Of a stretch of 32,000 nt of DNA, positions 17,202-26,689 are shown piece by piece (positions within the stretch are counted from its first letter, which is position 1; each line of letters starts with the position of its first letter). Made by a program: the position numbers and the translations under genes. Source of the stretch: Horticoccus luteus (lineage in GTDB: Bacteria; Verrucomicrobiota; Verrucomicrobiia; Opitutales; Opitutaceae). A model generated the notes under the pieces. That model was not told the origin of the DNA. It saw nothing but the letters and a program-made list of their open reading frames with translations, and searched no databases. Where the stretch lies: NCBI RefSeq assembly GCF_019464535.1, contig NZ_CP080507.1, positions 2,760,001 to 2,792,000 of the forward strand. The letters run 5' to 3'.

Positions 17202-19118
17202 TCAGTAACTCCGCCGTTCGCTCTTCTCGAAATAGTTCACGTAGGCTTGGTTCACCACGCGATAGCCGCCCGGCGTCGGATACTTGCCCGTGAAATACCA
17301 ATCGCCCGTGTGCTGCGGCAACGCGGCATGCAGGCTCTCGATCGTTTGGAAAATGATTTCGATTTCGCCGGACCACTCGACGCCCGTGGGTCGGACGCGC
17401 TCGACGATTTTCGCCGAAATCTCCTCGGGCGAAAACGGCTCGTAAATGCGCCGCACATGATTCGTGAGCGTCGCCCCCGCCGGCTTCGCCACTTCCTCGC
17501 GGCAACGTGCATAGACTTCGTCCAGCAACTCCGCCTGCCCGCGCGCCTTCAACAACTCCACCGCCGCCTCAAACGCGATGAATTTGCCCAGCTCCGACAT
17601 ATCGATCCCGTAACAATCCGGATAACGGATCTGCGGCGCGGTCGAAACGATCACGATCTTCCGCGGATTCAACCGCGCCAGAATGCGCAGGATCGACTTC
17701 CGCAGCGTCGTGCCGCGCACGATCGAATCGTCCACGCACACCAGATTGTCGCCCGCCTTCACCGAGCCATACGTGATGTCGTAAACATGGCTCGCGAGCT
17801 GGTTGCGCATCGCTTCCTGCCCGATGAATGTGCGCAACTTGATGTCCTTGCTCACGACTTTTTCTCCGCGCGGCCAGTTGCGCAAAATCAACTCGTCCAG
17901 CAGCGCGTCGTCGAGCGTGCCGTCCGCGCTCGCCTTCAGCACCGCCGCCTTCACCTCGTCGCGCCGCCGCACGCGCAGCGCCGACATCAGTCCGTAATAC
18001 GCCACTTCCGCCGTGTTCGGGATGAAGCTGAACACCGTGTTGCCCCAGTCGTGATCGATCGCCGCGATCACCTGGTCCGCGAGCCCCGCGCCCAGCGCCT
18101 TGCGCTCCTCGTAAATATCGCGGTCGTTGCCCCGCGAAAAATAAATCCGCTCGAACGAACACGAGGTCCGCGGCAACGCCTTCGTAAACGGCGTCTCCGT
18201 CAACTCGCCCCGCCGTTTGATCACCACGATGTGGCCCGGCGCGACTTCCTTCACGTCCTCGAGCGGCAGATCGAACACCGTCATCAACGGCGCCCGCTCC
18301 GATGCAAACGCCACCACTTCGTCGTTTTGAAAATAGAAGCACGGCCGGATGCCCGATGGATCGCGCGCCACAAACGCGTCACCATTCCCGACCAGTCCGC
18401 ACAACGTGTAACCGCCATCCCAGTTGTGCGCCGCCCGCGTCATCACGCGCGACAAATCCAGATCCTCGCTGATCCGCCGCGACAGCTCTTCGCCACCCAG
18501 ATCGCGTTTGCGGAGAAAGCGATAAATATCCTCGTGCTCCTCATCGAGAAAGTAGCCGATTTTTTCGAGAATCGCCTGCGTATCCGTCGCGATGATCGGA
18601 TGCTGGCCCATCGCGATCAGCGATTCGTTCAACTCGGGGGTGTTGGTGAGGTTGAAATTGCCGCAAAGCACCAGATTCCGCGTCGGCCACGGGCTGCGCC
18701 GGAAAAACGGGTGGCACGAACTCTGGTTGTAGCCGCCGCTCGTCCCGTAGCGCAGATGGCCCATCAGAAGTTCACCGCCGAAATCGAAATTTCCCTTCAC
18801 CGTCTCCGCAAACTCCGGATGGATCGCGCCCTGACCGACGCCGGCGTTGTACTGATCCAGCAGTCGCCGGAAAATCCGGTCGAGCGGATTGCTCTTCACG
18901 CACCGCTCGCGAAACACATACGGATCCCCCGCCGGCACATCCAATTTCACGCATGCCACGCCCGCCCCGTCCTGCCCGCGGTTGTGTTGCTTCTCCATCA
19001 ACAGGAAAAGCTTCGTGAACCCCCAAAGCGGCGACCCGTATTTCTCCTGGTAATAGGAGAGCGGCTTCAACAGCCGCACCATCGCGATTCCGCACTCGTG
19101 GGTCAGCCGGTCGCTCAT
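17202..19118 (-). CDS. purF: Amidophosphoribosyltransferase (class II glutamine amidotransferase + PRTase), long form
   Basis: Track ORF 17202..19166. The likely start is the ATG at the complement of 19116..19118: MSDRLTHE-CGIAMVRL (catalytic Cys after a short propeptide). Also NRGQDGAGV, GHLRYGT, and the PRPP motif LVCVDDSIVRGTTL. It is about 638 aa, the long PurF type I associate with the Bacteroidetes/PVC groups. Confidence 0.9.
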   Translation of the reverse strand: MSDRLTHECGIAMVRLLKPLSYYQEKYGSPLWGFTKLFLLMEKQHNRGQDGAGVACVKLDVPAGDPYVFRERCVKSNPLDRIFRRLLDQYNAGVGQGAIHPEFAETVKGNFDFGGELLMGHLRYGTSGGYNQSSCHPFFRRSPWPTRNLVLCGNFNLTNTPELNESLIAMGQHPIIATDTQAILEKIGYFLDEEHEDIYRFLRKRDLGGEELSRRISEDLDLSRVMTRAAHNWDGGYTLCGLVGNGDAFVARDPSGIRPCFYFQNDEVVAFASERAPLMTVFDLPLEDVKEVAPGHIVVIKRRGELTETPFTKALPRTSCSFERIYFSRGNDRDIYEERKALGAGLADQVIAAIDHDWGNTVFSFIPNTAEVAYYGLMSALRVRRRDEVKAAVLKASADGTLDDALLDELILRNWPRGEKVVSKDIKLRTFIGQEAMRNQLASHVYDITYGSVKAGDNLVCVDDSIVRGTTLRKSILRILARLNPRKIVIVSTAPQIRYPDCYGIDMSELGKFIAFEAAVELLKARGQAELLDEVYARCREEVAKPAGATLTNHVRRIYEPFSPEEISAKIVERVRPTGVEWSGEIEIIFQTIESLHAALPQHTGDWYFTGKYPTPGGYRVVNQAYVNYFEKSERRSY

Positions 19119-19294
19119 ACGCCCCGACCTCCGCACATCAGGGCCTGCCCGCGGGCACGGCTGCATTGAACGGATCGTTGCGATTGGTTCCAGGTCCTCA
19201 CGGGCTAAACCTTAATTGGGTTCAGTCGCCGTAATTCGTCAACGGCCTTCTCCATCATTCCTGCCTCTGCACCCGTTTTTTCGACCCTCTCTGT

Positions 19295-19693
19295 TCAGTC
19301 GACGCCGCCTCTTCCACGCGCCGACGCCCGATCGATGACAAAAAGCGGATATTGCCCCCACCGGCCCGCCAGGCGCGGACACGTCGATTCTCCCAGCAAA
19401 ACCGCTCGAATCATCCATCGTCCCAACGCGTTGTTCGTAAAGAATCGGTTCTGGAACACCATGCTCACCGCACTCCACACGCGCAGCCGGGCTCCATGTC
19501 TTGCCGCCACGTCCCGCGCATACCACTCGTAATTCTGCGGATGAAAATACAATGCGCGTGACTCCGTTTCCGCGGCCGACACCACCTCCGGGCTGCGCCC
19601 ACCCCGCCGCAACCATCCCAGCCTCGAAAGCGGCTCGCCGCTCAAGGGACATCTCAACCATGTAAGGCACCGCTCGAGCGCATCTTGACTCAC
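19295..19693 (-). CDS. Possible small hypothetical protein upstream of purF (start uncertain; no in-frame ATG near the 5' end)
   Basis: This is the 3' part of track ORF 19295..19984, whose 5' part overlaps purL and is implausible. From the GTG (complement 19691..19693) or the TTG (complement 19655..19657) it reads ...[23 protein letters not shown]...[76 protein letters not shown]. This is more protein-like than any other frame in the 600-690 nt purF-purL spacer. The wobble-GC signal is weaker than in neighbouring genes, and I recognise no family. Confidence 0.3.
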   Translation of the reverse strand: MSQDALERCLTWLRCPLSGEPLSRLGWLRRGGRSPEVVSAAETESRALYFHPQNYEWYARDVAARHGARLRVWSAVSMVFQNRFFTNNALGRWMIRAVLLGESTCPRLAGRWGQYPLFVIDRASARGRGGVD

Positions 19694-19808
19694 CGCATCC
19701 GTCTCGCGAACACCGCGACCGATGTCAAGCAACCCGCCGATGACACCCGCCACTACGCGACCGGCCTCGCTTGACGACTTCTCGTCCGCCCGGAATTTTA
19801 AGCTCCAA

Positions 19809-22800
19809 ATGCTGATCCTCCGCGGCTCGCCTGCCCTCTCTTCGTTTCGACTGCGCAAGTTGCTCGACACCCTCGTGGCGGCCGGTGTGCCCGCCCGCGC
19901 CGTCAGCGCGGAATTCGTCCACGTCGTCGACACGTCCGCGCCGCTCTCGCCCGCCGAAGACAGCATTCTCCAAAAACTCCTCACCTACGGCCCGACGCGC
20001 GCCGCCGCCCCCGTCGCCGGCCTCGTCCAGATCGTCGCCCCGCGCCCCGGCACGATTTCCCCGTGGTCCTCCAAAGCCACCGACATCGCGCACATCTGCG
20101 GCCTCGCCGCCGTCCAGCGCATCGAGCGCGCCATCGCTTACACCATCCAGCTCGACAACGCCGCCCTCGAACCGCCGTTGCACGTCCTCGCTCCCGCGAC
20201 GCTCACCGCGCTGCGCAGCCTCTTGCACGATCGCATGACGCAGGCCGTGTTCAACGACGTCGACTGCCTCGCCGCGCTCTTCCGTCACGAAACGCCGCGC
20301 CCCGTCGCCACCATTCCCGTCCTCGCCGCAGGCCGCGCCGCCCTCGTCGCCGCCAACCGCACGCTCGGCCTCGCCCTCGCTGACGACGAAATCGATTACC
20401 TCGTTCAAGCCTTCACCGCCCTCCGCCGCGATCCGCACGACGTCGAGCTGATGATGTTCGCCCAGGCCAACTCCGAACACTGCCGCCACAAAATTTTCAA
20501 CGCCACCTGGGAAATCGACGGCGCCCCGCGCGACCGCTCGCTGTTCCAGATGATCAAGAACACCTACGCGCTGCATTCCGACGGCATCCTCTCCGCCTAC
20601 AAGGACAACGCCGCCGTCCTCACCGGCTCGCGCGGCGGCCGCTTTTTCGTCGACCCGCACTCCGGCGAATACGCGGCGCACACCGAAGACATCCACCTCC
20701 TCATCAAGGTGGAAACGCACAATCACCCCACCGCCATTTCCCCGTTCCCCGGCGCCGCCACCGGCTCGGGCGGCGAAATTCGCGACGAAGGCGCCACCGG
20801 GCGCGGCGGCAAACCCAAGGCCGGCCTCGTCGGTTTCACCGTCTCGAATCTCCGCCTCCCCGGCGCCCTCCAGCCGTGGGAAAAAGATTTCGGCAAACCC
20901 GGCCGCATCGTTTCCGCCCTCGATATCATGATCGAAGGCCCGCTCGGCGCCGCCGCCTTCAACAACGAATTCGGCCGTCCTGCCATCAACGGCTATTTTC
21001 GCACCTTCGAACAACAGGTGCCCGGCGCGAACGGCTCCGAACTCCGCGGTTACCACAAGCCCATCATGCTCGCCGGCGGTCTCGGCAACATCCGCCCCGA
21101 CGACGTCCGCAAAGGTGACATCCGTCCCGGCGACCACCTCATCGTCCTCGGCGGCCCCGCGATGCTCATCGGCCTCGGCGGAGGCGCCGCCAGTTCGATG
21201 GCCAGCGGCACCGGCAGCGAAGATCTCGATTTCGCCAGCGTCCAGCGCGACAACGCCGAGATGGAGCGCCGTTGCCAGGAAGTGATCGACCGTTGCTGGG
21301 CGCTCGGCCCCGACAATCCCATCGCGTTCATCCACGACGTCGGTGCCGGCGGTGTCTCCAACGCCCTGCCCGAACTCGTCAACGACGGCGGCCGCGGCGG
21401 CCGTTTCAATCTCCGCCAATTGCCCAGCTCCGAACCCGGCATGAGCCCGCTCGAACTCTGGTGCAACGAATCTCAGGAACGCTACGTCCTCGCCGTCCCC
21501 GCCGCGCGCCTCGCGACCTTCGTCGCCCTCTGCGAACGCGAACGCGCACCCTTCGCTGTCGTCGGCGAAGCGACCGAGCAGAAAGACCTCGTCGTCGACG
21601 ATCCGCATTTTTCCAACCGCCCCATCGATCTCCCGCTCGAAGTCCTCCTCGGCAAACCGCCGCGCATGCACCGGGTGGAGACGTCGCTCCGCCGCCCGCT
21701 TCGCCCGCTCGATCTTGCCGGCCTCTCTCTCGCCGACGCCATCCACCGCGTGCTCGCGCACCCCGCCGTCGCCGACAAAACGTTCCTCATTTCCATCGGC
21801 GATCGCTCCGTCGGCGGCCTCATCGTGCGCGATCAAATGGTCGGCCCGTGGCAGGTGCCCGTCGCGGATTGCGGCGTCACCGTCGCATCGTTCGACGTGT
21901 TCACCGGCGAAGCCCTCGCCATGGGCGAACGCACGCCCGTCGCCATCAACAACGCCGCCGCCTCCGCTCGTCTCGCCGTGGGCGAAGCGCTCACGAATCT
22001 CGCCGCCGTGCAGATCGGCGACCTCGGTAAAGTAAATCTTTCCGCCAACTGGATGGCCGCGCCCGCCGTCCCCGGCGATGCCGCCGATCTCTACGCCGCC
22101 GTGCAAGCCGTCGGCCTCGAACTCTGCCCCGCCCTCGGCATCACGATTCCCGTCGGCAAGGATTCCATGAGCATGAGCACCGTGTGGGCCGATGGCGCCC
22201 GCGAAAAACGCGTCACCGCGCCCGTCTCGCTCATCGTCTCGTCCTTCGCTCCCGTCGCCGACGTCCGCCTCACGCTCACACCGCAACTCCAGGCCGTCGA
22301 AGATTCCGTCCTTCTCCTCCTCGACCTCGGCCGCGGCCAAAACCGTCTCGGCGGTTCCATCCTCGCGCAGGTCGTTTCGCAGACCGGAGCCGCCGCCCCG
22401 GATGTCGACGAACCCGCCGACTTGAAACACTTCTGGGCCGCGATTCAGCAACTCGGCCGTGAGCAAAAAATCCTCGCGTATCACGACCGCTCCGACGGCG
22501 GACTCCTCGCCACCGTCGTCGAAATGGCGTTCGCCGGGCACACCGGCGTGGATCTCGATCTGCCCGCCGGCGCGATCAAGCTCAGCGACCACAGCCGCAG
22601 CGCGTTTGGCCAGCTCTTCAGCGAAGAACTCGGCGCCGTGCTGCAGGTCCGCGAATCCGATCTCGACGATGTCGCCGCCCTCCTGCGCCAGCACGGTTTC
22701 AAAACCTGCGTCGCGCGCATCGGCACGCTGAATCGCACCCACCGCGTCGTCATCAAGCAAGCCGGCCGCGTGCTCTTCGACGAAGACCTCTTCGCCCTCC

Positions 22801-23825
22801 GCGCGATCTGGTCCGATGTCACCCACCGCATCGCCGCCCTCCGCGACAACCCCGCTTGCGCCGACGACGAACACGCACTCCGCCAGCAACGCGACAACCC
22901 CGGCCTCACGCCGAAGCTCACGTTCCCACTCACTCAACCCGTCTCCTCGGAAAAAACCGCCACCCCATCCGACTCCCTGGATAAGGCGCCCTCGTCTTCC
23001 GCGGCGTCCTCCGTGCCGGCCTCGGCGCACTCCAAGGCGCGATCGAGTCAGCGCCCCGCCGTCGCCATCCTCCGCGAGCAAGGCGTCAACGGCCAGATCG
23101 AGATGGCCGCCGCCTTCACGCGCGCCGGCTTCCGCGCGATTGATGTCCACATGACCGATCTCCTCAGCGGACGCGTCTCCCTGCGCGACTTCGCCGGCCT
23201 CGCCGCCTGCGGTGGCTTCAGTTACGGCGACGTGCTCGGCGCCGGCGAAGGCTGGGCCAAGAGCATCCTCTTTCACGACCGCGCCCGCGCCGAGTTCGCC
23301 GCGTTCTTCGCCCGCGAAGACGCGTTCGCGCTCGGCGTCTGCAACGGCTGCCAGATGATGAGCAACCTTCACTCGATCATTCCCGGCTCCGATCACTGGC
23401 CGCGTTTTGTGCAAAACAAATCCGAACGCTACGAGGCGCGCTTCGTTTCGCTTAAGATCGAGTCGACGCCCAGCGTGTTCTTCCGCGGCATGGAGGGCTC
23501 CGTTATCCCCGTGGTCGTCGCGCACGGCGAAGGCTACGCCGAATTCACCGACGCCGATGCCGCCCACCGCTGCAGCGAATCCGGCCTCGTCGCCGCGCGC
23601 TTCGTCGACAACCACCACCAAGTCACCGAGCAGTATCCGCTCAACCCGAACGGCTCGCCCTTCGGCATCACTGCGCTGACGAGCGCGAGCGGCCGCGTGA
23701 CGATTATGATGCCGCATCCCGAACGCGTTCATCGCACCGTCAACTTGAGCTGGCACCCTGCCGACTGGCCGGAAGAGTCGCCGTGGATGCAACTTTTCCA
23801 CAACGCGCGCGCCTGGACCCGCTGA
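19809..23825 (+). CDS. purL: Phosphoribosylformylglycinamidine synthase, single-chain large form
   Basis: Track ORF 19722..23825 (1367 aa). I prefer the ATG at 19809 ([20 protein letters not shown]). It aligns with the E. coli PurL N-terminus as I remember it ([20 protein letters not shown]). The ATG at 19722 remains possible. FGAM synthetase motifs: [35 protein letters not shown]-terminal type-1 glutaminase domain: [35 protein letters not shown]. Confidence 0.95.
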   Translation: MLILRGSPALSSFRLRKLLDTLVAAGVPARAVSAEFVHVVDTSAPLSPAEDSILQKLLTYGPTRAAAPVAGLVQIVAPRPGTISPWSSKATDIAHICGLAAVQRIERAIAYTIQLDNAALEPPLHVLAPATLTALRSLLHDRMTQAVFNDVDCLAALFRHETPRPVATIPVLAAGRAALVAANRTLGLALADDEIDYLVQAFTALRRDPHDVELMMFAQANSEHCRHKIFNATWEIDGAPRDRSLFQMIKNTYALHSDGILSAYKDNAAVLTGSRGGRFFVDPHSGEYAAHTEDIHLLIKVETHNHPTAISPFPGAATGSGGEIRDEGATGRGGKPKAGLVGFTVSNLRLPGALQPWEKDFGKPGRIVSALDIMIEGPLGAAAFNNEFGRPAINGYFRTFEQQVPGANGSELRGYHKPIMLAGGLGNIRPDDVRKGDIRPGDHLIVLGGPAMLIGLGGGAASSMASGTGSEDLDFASVQRDNAEMERRCQEVIDRCWALGPDNPIAFIHDVGAGGVSNALPELVNDGGRGGRFNLRQLPSSEPGMSPLELWCNESQERYVLAVPAARLATFVALCERERAPFAVVGEATEQKDLVVDDPHFSNRPIDLPLEVLLGKPPRMHRVETSLRRPLRPLDLAGLSLADAIHRVLAHPAVADKTFLISIGDRSVGGLIVRDQMVGPWQVPVADCGVTVASFDVFTGEALAMGERTPVAINNAAASARLAVGEALTNLAAVQIGDLGKVNLSANWMAAPAVPGDAADLYAAVQAVGLELCPALGITIPVGKDSMSMSTVWADGAREKRVTAPVSLIVSSFAPVADVRLTLTPQLQAVEDSVLLLLDLGRGQNRLGGSILAQVVSQTGAAAPDVDEPADLKHFWAAIQQLGREQKILAYHDRSDGGLLATVVEMAFAGHTGVDLDLPAGAIKLSDHSRSAFGQLFSEELGAVLQVRESDLDDVAALLRQHGFKTCVARIGTLNRTHRVVIKQAGRVLFDEDLFALRAIWSDVTHRIAALRDNPACADDEHALRQQRDNPGLTPKLTFPLTQPVSSEKTATPSDSLDKAPSSSAASSVPASAHSKARSSQRPAVAILREQGVNGQIEMAAAFTRAGFRAIDVHMTDLLSGRVSLRDFAGLAACGGFSYGDVLGAGEGWAKSILFHDRARAEFAAFFAREDAFALGVCNGCQMMSNLHSIIPGSDHWPRFVQNKSERYEARFVSLKIESTPSVFFRGMEGSVIPVVVAHGEGYAEFTDADAAHRCSESGLVAARFVDNHHQVTEQYPLNPNGSPFGITALTSASGRVTIMMPHPERVHRTVNLSWHPADWPEESPWMQLFHNARAWTR

Positions 23826-23936
23826 GGTTATTGCTGCAGCTTCGATGCGCTCGCCCCGCGCAACATTCTCCATGTAGGCGCGGTGCCCTCACCCCGCATT
23901 TCCGGCTCCCTCTCTCTGTCCCTCAACCGCGCTGCC

Positions 23937-25163
23937 TCAAGCGGCCGCCGGAGTCGCCAAAGGCAGCTCGACCCAAAACGCGCTGCCTGCTCCCCTCTTG
24001 GAATCCACCCCGATCCGGCCGCTCATCCGCTCGCAGGCGCGCCGCGCGATCGCCAGCCCTACGCCAGTCCCGGGAAACTCCGCGTTGTCGTGCAGCCGGT
24101 AAAATACCTCGAAAATCTGTTCGTGAAATTTGGGATCGATCCCGATGCCGTTGTCGCGAATCCAAATCCGGCAGCAACCGCCTCGCGTTTCCAGTTCCAC
24201 GCGGATCACCGGCGTCCGATCCTTCGGCACAAATTTCAGGCCGTTGTTCACGAGGTTTTGCACAACTTGGTAAAGGAGCGTCGCATTGGCGGTCACCACC
24301 TTGTTTTCGCCCGCCACTTCGAATACCGCGTCCGCCCCCCTTCCTGCCTGCGAGTCGGCGATCACTTCCTCCACCAACGTCCTCACTGCGACCGGCCCCA
24401 AGGGCACCGGTCTGTAACCCAGCTCAGTGAACCCCAACAGCGCGCGAATGAGTTCCTCCATGCGCACCGCAGCGTGATCGACGCGGTCGAGGTGGCTGAG
24501 ATGTTCGCGCTGGAGCGCTTCCCGCGCATCCTCGCGCAATGCCATCGTGAACGACCGGATCGAGCGCAGCGGCGTCCGCAAATCGTGCGCCACCGAATGC
24601 GCAAACGCCTTTAAGTCCTCCATCGTGCGGAGCGCATCCGCGTGTCTGGCCGCCAGTCGTCCCGCCTCCATCCGGTCGAAAACCGATCCAAAGTGCACCG
24701 CCGCCGCGTGCACCACTTCCTCATCCTCCGCGTCGTAGCCCGCCGGTTCCTTCGTCACGAAACACAAAACCCCGTAACTCACGTTACTTCGTCGGATCGG
24801 CATGAGCAGCAGACCGCGAAAGCCCGCTAAGTTGGCTTCCGCATCCCCGTCCACCCCCACCCGCATGGCCGCCCCACCCGCTTGCGTGAACCGGTCAAAC
24901 GCCCCCCGCGAAGTCCACTGGGCCGCACCGTCGTCCACCGTGAACAACGTGCGAATCTCCCGCTCTCCCGCCCGGTTCGTGGCCGCGAAATCAAGCCGGT
25001 CAAAATCGACCAGCCATTTCAACCGTGCGACGACCGGCACCCACTCCGACTCGAGATCGCGCACGCCCACGAGGAACGACACAAAGTCCAGCAGCAGGAA
25101 CTGGCGTTTGGCATTGTTGGCTAGGCGCTGGTGCACGCTTCCGATGGGTGGCGTGGAAACCAT
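23937..25163 (-). CDS. Cytoplasmic GAF-domain sensor histidine kinase
   Basis: 408-aa ORF with an ATG at the complement of 25161..25163. The roughly 170-aa N-terminal region is GAF-like (GLLLMPIRRSNVSYGVLCFVTKEP...DEEVVHAAAVHFGSVF). H-box: FAHSVAHDLRTPLRSI. ATPase boxes: QNLVNNGLKF, RDNGIGI, GTGVGLAI. There are no TM segments. Its start is 5 nt downstream of the CMD-family gene. Confidence 0.85.
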   Translation of the reverse strand: MVSTPPIGSVHQRLANNAKRQFLLLDFVSFLVGVRDLESEWVPVVARLKWLVDFDRLDFAATNRAGEREIRTLFTVDDGAAQWTSRGAFDRFTQAGGAAMRVGVDGDAEANLAGFRGLLLMPIRRSNVSYGVLCFVTKEPAGYDAEDEEVVHAAAVHFGSVFDRMEAGRLAARHADALRTMEDLKAFAHSVAHDLRTPLRSIRSFTMALREDAREALQREHLSHLDRVDHAAVRMEELIRALLGFTELGYRPVPLGPVAVRTLVEEVIADSQAGRGADAVFEVAGENKVVTANATLLYQVVQNLVNNGLKFVPKDRTPVIRVELETRGGCCRIWIRDNGIGIDPKFHEQIFEVFYRLHDNAEFPGTGVGLAIARRACERMSGRIGVDSKRGAGSAFWVELPLATPAAA

Positions 25164-25168
25164 GGCAT

Positions 25169-25726
25169 TCAGGGCGCCAGCGCCGGTCGAAGTTCCGGAT
25201 CGATCTCCATCTGCGTGGCATCTGCAACCACGTTTGCATACACTGAGAAAGCGGCCATCGCCACGATTTCCATTAACTCGGCATCCGACAAACCGTGCGC
25301 CCGCAAACGAGCGTAGTCCTCTGCCGTCACCCCCTGCGGGTTGAGTCCGGCCTTCACCGCGAACTCAATCACCTCGGCCGTGCGCTTCGGCTTCAAGGTC
25401 CGCAGCCCGTTCGAGAGGTGTGCCAGCGATTCGTCGTCCAAACCGAGCATCTTGCAAAACGCCGAGTGGGCCGCCTCGCAGTATTTGCAGGCGCGCTCGG
25501 CGGAGACCGCGACGAGAATCATTTCCTTTAACACTGACGGCACCGTCCCGTGCTGGCTGAGTTGACGATAGACTTCCCACGTGCCGCGCGCCGCGTTGGG
25601 CGCGTGACCCAGCGTGCGAAAGAAGTTCGGCACAAACGGCGCGCCTTTCACCGCTTTGAACTCCTCGAAGATTTCGCGCACCTGCGGATCGCACTGGGTT
25701 ACGTCTATGGCGGAAAGAAACGGCAT
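25169..25726 (-). CDS. Carboxymuconolactone decarboxylase (CMD)/AhpD-like family protein
   Basis: Track ORF 25169..25843. The likely start is the ATG at the complement of 25724..25726 (MPFLSAIDVTQCDPQVREIFEEF...). CMD/AhpD signature: EMILVAVSAERACKYCEAAHSAF (CxxC...H). There is a second CMD-like half: TAEVIEFAVKAGLNPQGVTAEDYARLRAHGLSDAELMEIVAMAAF. Confidence 0.8.
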   Translation of the reverse strand: MPFLSAIDVTQCDPQVREIFEEFKAVKGAPFVPNFFRTLGHAPNAARGTWEVYRQLSQHGTVPSVLKEMILVAVSAERACKYCEAAHSAFCKMLGLDDESLAHLSNGLRTLKPKRTAEVIEFAVKAGLNPQGVTAEDYARLRAHGLSDAELMEIVAMAAFSVYANVVADATQMEIDPELRPALAP

Positions 25727-26154
25727 GAGGCAACCGCCCAACCTGAAGAGCCACCCTCGCGCGTCAATCGCTCCCCCATGGGGGAACTCCCCGGAAGGTG
25801 CGACCAGCATGTCCGGATACCCGGAGTATTTCGGATCTCCCATACTCCCGTCGACGCCGCGATTTCCAGCACCACCGCCGCCCGTCCGTGCGACGAGAAA
25901 GTATTTCGCAAACGCGCTGAGGAATCGCTATATTCAACGCTGCCTTTTGACTATAGCCCGACATCAGCGTCTCACGACTTCTGGCCCTTATACGGTGCCG
26001 ACGCGCGTTCCTCTCGTGAAGATCGTTGCGGCGCCTCCTGTCTGGGCCGGATAGCTGATGGAGCCGCTGCGGCAACGTGCCGTGCTTTATGCGCATAGGT
26101 GATCGCGGATAATGCCCGATGGAAACGAGCCGCCGGATTTGTTATTCTGCAGGC

Positions 26155-26310
26155 ATGAACCTGCTTCTACTTATCATCATCCTTCTCCTTTTGTTTGGCG
26201 GCGGCGGATTCTATTTCGGCGGACCGGCCATTGGCGGTGGCGCTCTTGGCCTCATCCTCCTCATTTGTCTGATCATCTTCCTTATGGGCGGCTTCCGCCG
26301 CAGAGGCTGA
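26155..26310 (+). CDS. DUF3309-type small membrane protein (51 aa)
   Basis: Track ORF 26119..26310. From the internal ATG at 26155 it reads MNLLLLIIILLLLFGGGGFYFGGPAIGGGALGLILLICLIIFLMGGFRRRG. It has two hydrophobic helices separated by a Gly-rich turn and a basic C-terminus. This is the layout I associate with DUF3309 mini-proteins. The 12-codon extension from 26119 is not family-like. Confidence 0.7.
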   Translation: MNLLLLIIILLLLFGGGGFYFGGPAIGGGALGLILLICLIIFLMGGFRRRG

Positions 26311-26324
26311 AGCAGCCCCAGCCA

Positions 26325-26352
26325 AGATCCGCCGCCGACCCTCGGCGGATCT
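26325..26352 (+). terminator. GC-rich hairpin downstream of the DUF3309 gene (possible terminator, no U-tract)
   Basis: Perfect 10-bp inverted repeat agatccgccg (26325..26334) / cggcggatct (26343..26352) with an 8-nt loop ccgaccct. It starts 15 nt after the stop codon. It is followed by ctcgcgct, so it is not a canonical intrinsic terminator. Confidence 0.45.
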
Positions 26353-26689
26353 CTCGCGCTGCTCCTCTCGTCCTGCCGCGTTACGGTGCGCTTGCGTCCA
26401 CCGACACGTCTCTAAGACCGCCGCTGCATCTCTTCAGCGAACACCGAATCCCGCGTGCAGCTCGTCATCCGTGAGCGCCCGCCCGCGCCAAAGTTGAAGT
26501 TGCTCCTCCGACCAGCGCGCCACGAACCACTCGTCGCCGCTCCTCGCGATCCAACCGTATATCAGCGCCACCGGCCATACCTTTTCCTTTGCCTACGATC
26601 CCGAATGGCTGCGCCGTCCAAACACCTTCGAAATCGATCCGGATCTGCAACTACACGGTGCCGAAAGCTATCCGGGCCAGCCAGCCGGC

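Noticed and set aside
19119-19808. Possible purine/ZTP-type riboswitch in the purF or purL leaders. One example is ccgcgcctggcgggc on the minus strand around 19360..19375, which resembles the CCGCCUGGGC element.
   Set aside because: The match to the ZTP 3' element is imperfect. I could not find the upstream GGGUCGUGAC/pseudoknot partner or a purine-riboswitch three-way junction. It also falls inside the candidate ORF. A covariance-model scan is needed.
19725-23873. 1382-aa minus-strand ORF covering all of purL.
   Set aside because: It is antisense to an unmistakable purL. The translation is Gly/Ala/Arg/Glu/Val-rich low-complexity sequence with no motifs. This is the expected open mirror frame in high-GC coding DNA.
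25789-25825. ccccggaaggtgcgaccagcatgtccggatacccgg, considered as an SRP/4.5S-RNA-like CCGGAAGG motif.
   Set aside because: Only the short GGAAGG core matches. The flanking conserved helix-8 sequence and long closing stem are not present.
26119-26154. Longer start (ATG at 26119) for the DUF3309 mini-protein.
   Set aside because: The extra METSRRICYSAG segment is unlike the family, whose members begin directly with the hydrophobic helix. I kept the ATG at 26155, though the longer form cannot be excluded from sequence alone.
25727-26500. I searched for a direct repeat of the tRNA-His 3' end (attL-like) that would delimit an island containing hipA.
   Set aside because: I found only a 9-nt match, cgaatcccg near 26443..26451. 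It is in the inverted orientation relative to the tRNA, which is too short and in the wrong orientation. By eye I cannot define island borders.
26434-26571. 45-codon minus-strand ORF (GTG start) reading MALIYGWIARSGDEWFVARWSEEQLQLWRGRALTDDELHAGFGVR. It is antisense to the hipA 5' region, and I considered it as a candidate unconventional antitoxin.
   Set aside because: It is too short, has no ATG, and has no HTH or other recognisable fold. Half of it is simply the mirror frame of HipA N-domain coding sequence. It is worth a profile search, but I cannot support it as a gene.
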